Positions 60,721-64,000 of a DNA stretch of 64,000 bases are shown piece by piece (within the stretch, counting starts at the first letter, position 1; each line of letters starts with the position of its first letter). A model generated the notes under the pieces. The model searched no databases. It was not told where the DNA came from and saw nothing but the letters and a program-made list of their open reading frames with translations. Both the position numbers and the translations under genes were made by a program. Origin of the DNA: an uncultured cyanobacterium (lineage in GTDB: Bacteria; Cyanobacteriota; Cyanobacteriia; Phormidesmidales; Phormidesmidaceae). Where the stretch lies: contig CAWBZI010000002.1 in assembly GCA_963793265.1 (NCBI GenBank), forward strand, positions 96,001-160,000. The letters are read 5' to 3'.

Positions 60721-61785
60721 TTATTTTTGTTTCTTCAGCATAAGCAAACCCAACAAACCGCCAAATATACCCGCTACCGAAAACGGCTCAGGCACAGATT
60801 GAGCACTCTCTGCTGCCAGTTGTCCTTCTACACGAATAACAACAGGATCTGTGCTCGCACCAGACTCAAACACATAATCAAGCGCTGCTTGATCGCCCTG
60901 AATCGTGCCGCTTAGAAATAGGCCGCTCCACCTCGCGACCGTCTCGATAGAAGCCTGCTGCGAAACTGTCTGTAGATTAGAATCTGGAATTGCTCCATCC
61001 GGCACATTGACGTCTGTGATGCCAAAATGGTTAACACCGTCAAGCTCAATCAGCGCCTTAGGTGGCGTTTGAATTTGCGCGAACGTGCGCTCAGCATTAG
61101 CCGGTAGCGCTCGCCCGTCTTGATTGCCTTGAATTAGTGCAACGCCGATACCCTCTTTGTCGATAGGAAAGAAAACATCGTTTCCATCGCGTAGGTTGGC
61201 ACCAAAAAAAGCGCCGCTTACCAGCGCGTCGGGCCGAACAAAAGGCGCTGAGCAAAGTCCGGGAGCACAAATCTCGCCAATCGTAGATAGACCAACCGCA
61301 CCGCCGAGAGAATGGCCTAAAAGTCCAAACTTCTCGGTATCGACTTTTCCACTCAAAGGTGAAGTAGGGCTGTTTGACTCAAAGATAAATTGGTCTAAAC
61401 CGGCTTGAACCTGAGATGTATCAGGCGCTAGAACATCGCCTAGCCCAGGAATAGATTGGACGTGGTTAGGCACAGAGACTGCGAAGCCGTATTGCGCAAC
61501 CTGGCTCGCGTAGTCAGCATAAAAGCCTTTATCAACCAGTGCACCTTGAAGAAGTAAAACAGCAGGCAAATCGTCTACAGCCCTACCGTCATCAAGCGTT
61601 GGGAAGTAGATATCTGTGGCGTTACCGCTGTTAGGGTTGGTGGCAGTGTAGCTGTCGAAGCTATTGTATGGGCGAGTTGGAGGGGAGGCGATCGCAGGTG
61701 CCGCGCCAGCTTGAACGACTGCAAGTGAGATACCCGCAATAAAAAGAGATGGTCGGTTGAGAAATCTTAGGTTTGAGGTCAGCAT
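60721..61785 (-). CDS. Alpha/beta hydrolase (chlorophyllase/cutinase-like) with PEP-CTERM
   Basis: Signal peptide, GHSLGG, GNQDG, VNHFGITD, VPEPFSVAGIFGGLLGLLMLKKQK. Confidence 0.85.
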   Translation of the reverse strand: MLTSNLRFLNRPSLFIAGISLAVVQAGAAPAIASPPTRPYNSFDSYTATNPNSGNATDIYFPTLDDGRAVDDLPAVLLLQGALVDKGFYADYASQVAQYGFAVSVPNHVQSIPGLGDVLAPDTSQVQAGLDQFIFESNSPTSPLSGKVDTEKFGLLGHSLGGAVGLSTIGEICAPGLCSAPFVRPDALVSGAFFGANLRDGNDVFFPIDKEGIGVALIQGNQDGRALPANAERTFAQIQTPPKALIELDGVNHFGITDVNVPDGAIPDSNLQTVSQQASIETVARWSGLFLSGTIQGDQAALDYVFESGASTDPVVIRVEGQLAAESAQSVPEPFSVAGIFGGLLGLLMLKKQK

Positions 61786-61851
61786 GGTTCGCGGGTGTTT
61801 GAATAAGTACTCAGCTAAATGCAATAGAAATTATGCACGACTCGAAAATAA

Positions 61852-61910
61852 GTATAAATATAACAACGAATGTCTGTGTAATTGACTATTTGTTTCTATT
61901 CTGATTAAGT
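61852..61910 (+). promoter_or_regulatory. Promoter shared with TPR-CHAT gene
   Basis: 47/59 identity to 32533-32591. Confidence 0.7.
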
Positions 61911-61973
61911 CTATACGTGCGTCATCACCATTTTCATTAGTTGCAAGATAAATTGCCGACAAGAGTAATTTTT

Positions 61974-64000
61974 ATGCGTCATATTCGGCGGAAAGCTAGG
62001 CTGGCAATAGTGATAGCTGGCATACTATTTCCTTGGATGGGTTCAGTCTCAGCACAGTTGATGCCAATTCCTGACGACACGTTAGGAGAGGAGTCTTCTA
62101 CGCTCAGACCTATCAGTCCCGACTATCCTGGTGATGTTATTGAAGGCGGATCGAGGCAGGGAAATACTTTGTTTCACAGCTTTGAAGCATTTCACGTTGA
62201 AGCAGGTCGGGCCATCTATTTTGACGATCCTGGCGTAGACAATATCTTAAGTAGGGTAACTGGCGGTGTTGAATCGCAGATTCTAGGATTGCTAGGCGTT
62301 TTTGGCGATGCCGATCTTTTCCTTATCAATCCGAACGGTATCATTTTTGGCAGAAGCGCCCGGTTAGATTTAAGGGGCGGCTCTCTTTTGGCAACCACTG
62401 CTGATGCTGTTGAACTTAATATCATCGACACTGGCCTTCCTAACGAACCGAGGCTGACGATTTGGCCCTCTGCATTTCTGTTCAATCAGGCGAATCCTGC
62501 GGCAATTGTTAATAATTCTCGAACGTTACCACCGACGGGCTTAGACAGTGCTCCTGGTGGCGGGCTGCGCGTGACAGATGGCGAGCGCATAACGCTGCTA
62601 GGCGGAAATGTCAGCCTGGATGGAGGCGGACTAAGTGCCTTGGGTGGACGCATGGAGATGGGTGGTATTAGCAAGCCGGGAGCAGTCACGTTTAATAGAA
62701 ATGGCGGCTTGGAATTTCCATCGGGTATTGCCCGAGCGGACGTATCAATCGCCAACGGCTCCCGTTTAGTTGCGTCAGATTTTACGATTAGCGGCGGTAG
62801 TGTGGCAGTGACGGCTCACACGCTAGAGATTCTGAACGGTAGCGGCGTATCAGCAGGAACAGTTGGCGAATCCGAACTCGTAGGAGGCCAATCTGGAGAT
62901 ATCACACTCGATGCTAGCCAGATTCGAGTGGTTGACTCTACTATTGATAACATTGTTCGGAGCCGTAGTGGAGATGGCGGCAATGTTTTAATTACAACAG
63001 ATGATTTTTTTGTGTCTGGTCGCGGTGGTAGTGGTGTGCAGTCAACGCTTTTGGGTGCGGGCAGTGCAGGCCGAGTTGAGATTAATGCGCGCGATCGCAT
63101 CACCATGGATGGCGGTATTGTCTTTAGTAATCTTGGCGGTAGTGATAGAACGCTGATTGCAACAGGCAGCGCTGGCAACATCGAGATAACAACGCTGGTA
63201 CTGCTACTAAAGAACGGTGCGCAGCTAGCGTCCGGCACCTTTGGTCGAGGTGACGCGGGCGATGTGATTATCAATGCCCCTGAGAGCGTTACGTTAGAGA
63301 ACAGTGCTGTTTTCAGCGGTGTGTTCACTAACCAGGCGGGTATTGCCGCTACTGGTGACGGTGGCAATATTCAAATTACAACCTCTGTGCTGTCGCTGAC
63401 CGATGTTGCTCAGCTCTCTTCTAGAACCGATGGCGTAGGAAACGCTGGCAATATCCAAATGACGACAACTTCTCTGTCACTCAATAACGATGCGCGTGTC
63501 TTTGCAGATACGAGAGGTAGAGGAGATGGTGGTGATATTACAATTGAGACTCAAGATCGTACTATTCTTGATCAAAGTGGCATCGTGAGCAGCCTCGGGC
63601 AACTGTCAGAAAGCACAATATTTTTAGGCAGTGCGGACGATGCTCGTAGTGCAGGCAACGTTCAAATTACAACAGGTTCGCTGGATATCGTTAATGGCGC
63701 GCAGCTCCAACTGACGACGAGCGGACGGGGTAATGCTGGTGATGTGGCTATTCGGGCTCGCGATTATATTTCTATAGACGGCGCATTATTAAATGACCCG
63801 CGATTCTCTAGCGCGATCCTCGCTTCTACCGATGCAGAGGCTCAGGGGCGTGGAGGAAATGTCAGCCTAATGGCTGATTCGGTTCGTCTATCTGATAACG
63901 GCGTTATTTCTACGACGACTTCTAATCGCTTTCCAGGTGGAAACGTCACGGTTGATGCCAACAGTCTTGAACTTGCAGGCGGTGGACAAATTGAGACTGG
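61974..64000 (+). CDS. Filamentous haemagglutinin N-terminal domain (TpsA-like) exoprotein, 3'-truncated by window
   Basis: Absent from the ORF track, consistent with no stop inside the window. My translation: MRHIRRKARLAIVIAGILFPWMGSVSAQLMPIPDDTLG...TLFHSF...NILSRVTGG...LFLINPNGIIFG, then GNAG/GDGG repeats. Confidence 0.92.
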   Translation, partial: MRHIRRKARLAIVIAGILFPWMGSVSAQLMPIPDDTLGEESSTLRPISPDYPGDVIEGGSRQGNTLFHSFEAFHVEAGRAIYFDDPGVDNILSRVTGGVESQILGLLGVFGDADLFLINPNGIIFGRSARLDLRGGSLLATTADAVELNIIDTGLPNEPRLTIWPSAFLFNQANPAAIVNNSRTLPPTGLDSAPGGGLRVTDGERITLLGGNVSLDGGGLSALGGRMEMGGISKPGAVTFNRNGGLEFPSGIARADVSIANGSRLVASDFTISGGSVAVTAHTLEILNGSGVSAGTVGESELVGGQSGDITLDASQIRVVDSTIDNIVRSRSGDGGNVLITTDDFFVSGRGGSGVQSTLLGAGSAGRVEINARDRITMDGGIVFSNLGGSDRTLIATGSAGNIEITTLVLLLKNGAQLASGTFGRGDAGDVIINAPESVTLENSAVFSGVFTNQAGIAATGDGGNIQITTSVLSLTDVAQLSSRTDGVGNAGNIQMTTTSLSLNNDARVFADTRGRGDGGDITIETQDRTILDQSGIVSSLGQLSESTIFLGSADDARSAGNVQITTGSLDIVNGAQLQLTTSGRGNAGDVAIRARDYISIDGALLNDPRFSSAILASTDAEAQGRGGNVSLMADSVRLSDNGVISTTTSNRFPGGNVTVDANSLELAGGGQIET

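Noticed and set aside
1..64000. Very frequent GCGATCGC octamer
   Set aside because: This is the known cyanobacterial HIP1; useful for taxonomy, not novel.

Overview
Cyanobacterial chromosome segment: the HIP1 octamer GCGATCGC is abundant, there are PEP-CTERM proteins and cyanobacterial CHAT/DUF1822/FHA families. No rRNA, tRNA or CRISPR array was seen. The left half (1-32 kb) is mixed accessory metabolism. It holds a PEP-CTERM amidase, a decayed region with Crp/BON/cbiMQO remnants next to a CsoR/InrS-like repressor, two copies of a REP-containing MITE-like element, and a PAS kinase/AraC response-regulator pair between a DUF1348 gene and a cynABDS cyanate operon. It also holds a P450, a structured-leader small-ORF locus, a BMP-type nucleoside ABC transporter with a deaminase, and an actP-xfp-ackA cluster. 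The right half (32.6-64 kb) is a ~27 kb co-oriented island with five clan-CD (caspase/CHAT) proteases. It contains a signal-peptide TPR-CHAT; a split caspase-lipase followed by an M15A peptidase, an unknown protein and a GH19 muramidase-like gene; CHAT-TIR-AAA; AAA-TM-WD40 with near-identical repeats; caspase-nSTAND-TM-WD40; and a sigma-like/DUF1822/CHAT-nSTAND-TM-WD40 triad. PEP-CTERM genes and a filamentous-haemagglutinin-like gene follow. The best candidate new system is a caspase-activated lysis cassette inside this NLR-like island. All family calls come from motif recognition by eye, not database searches.
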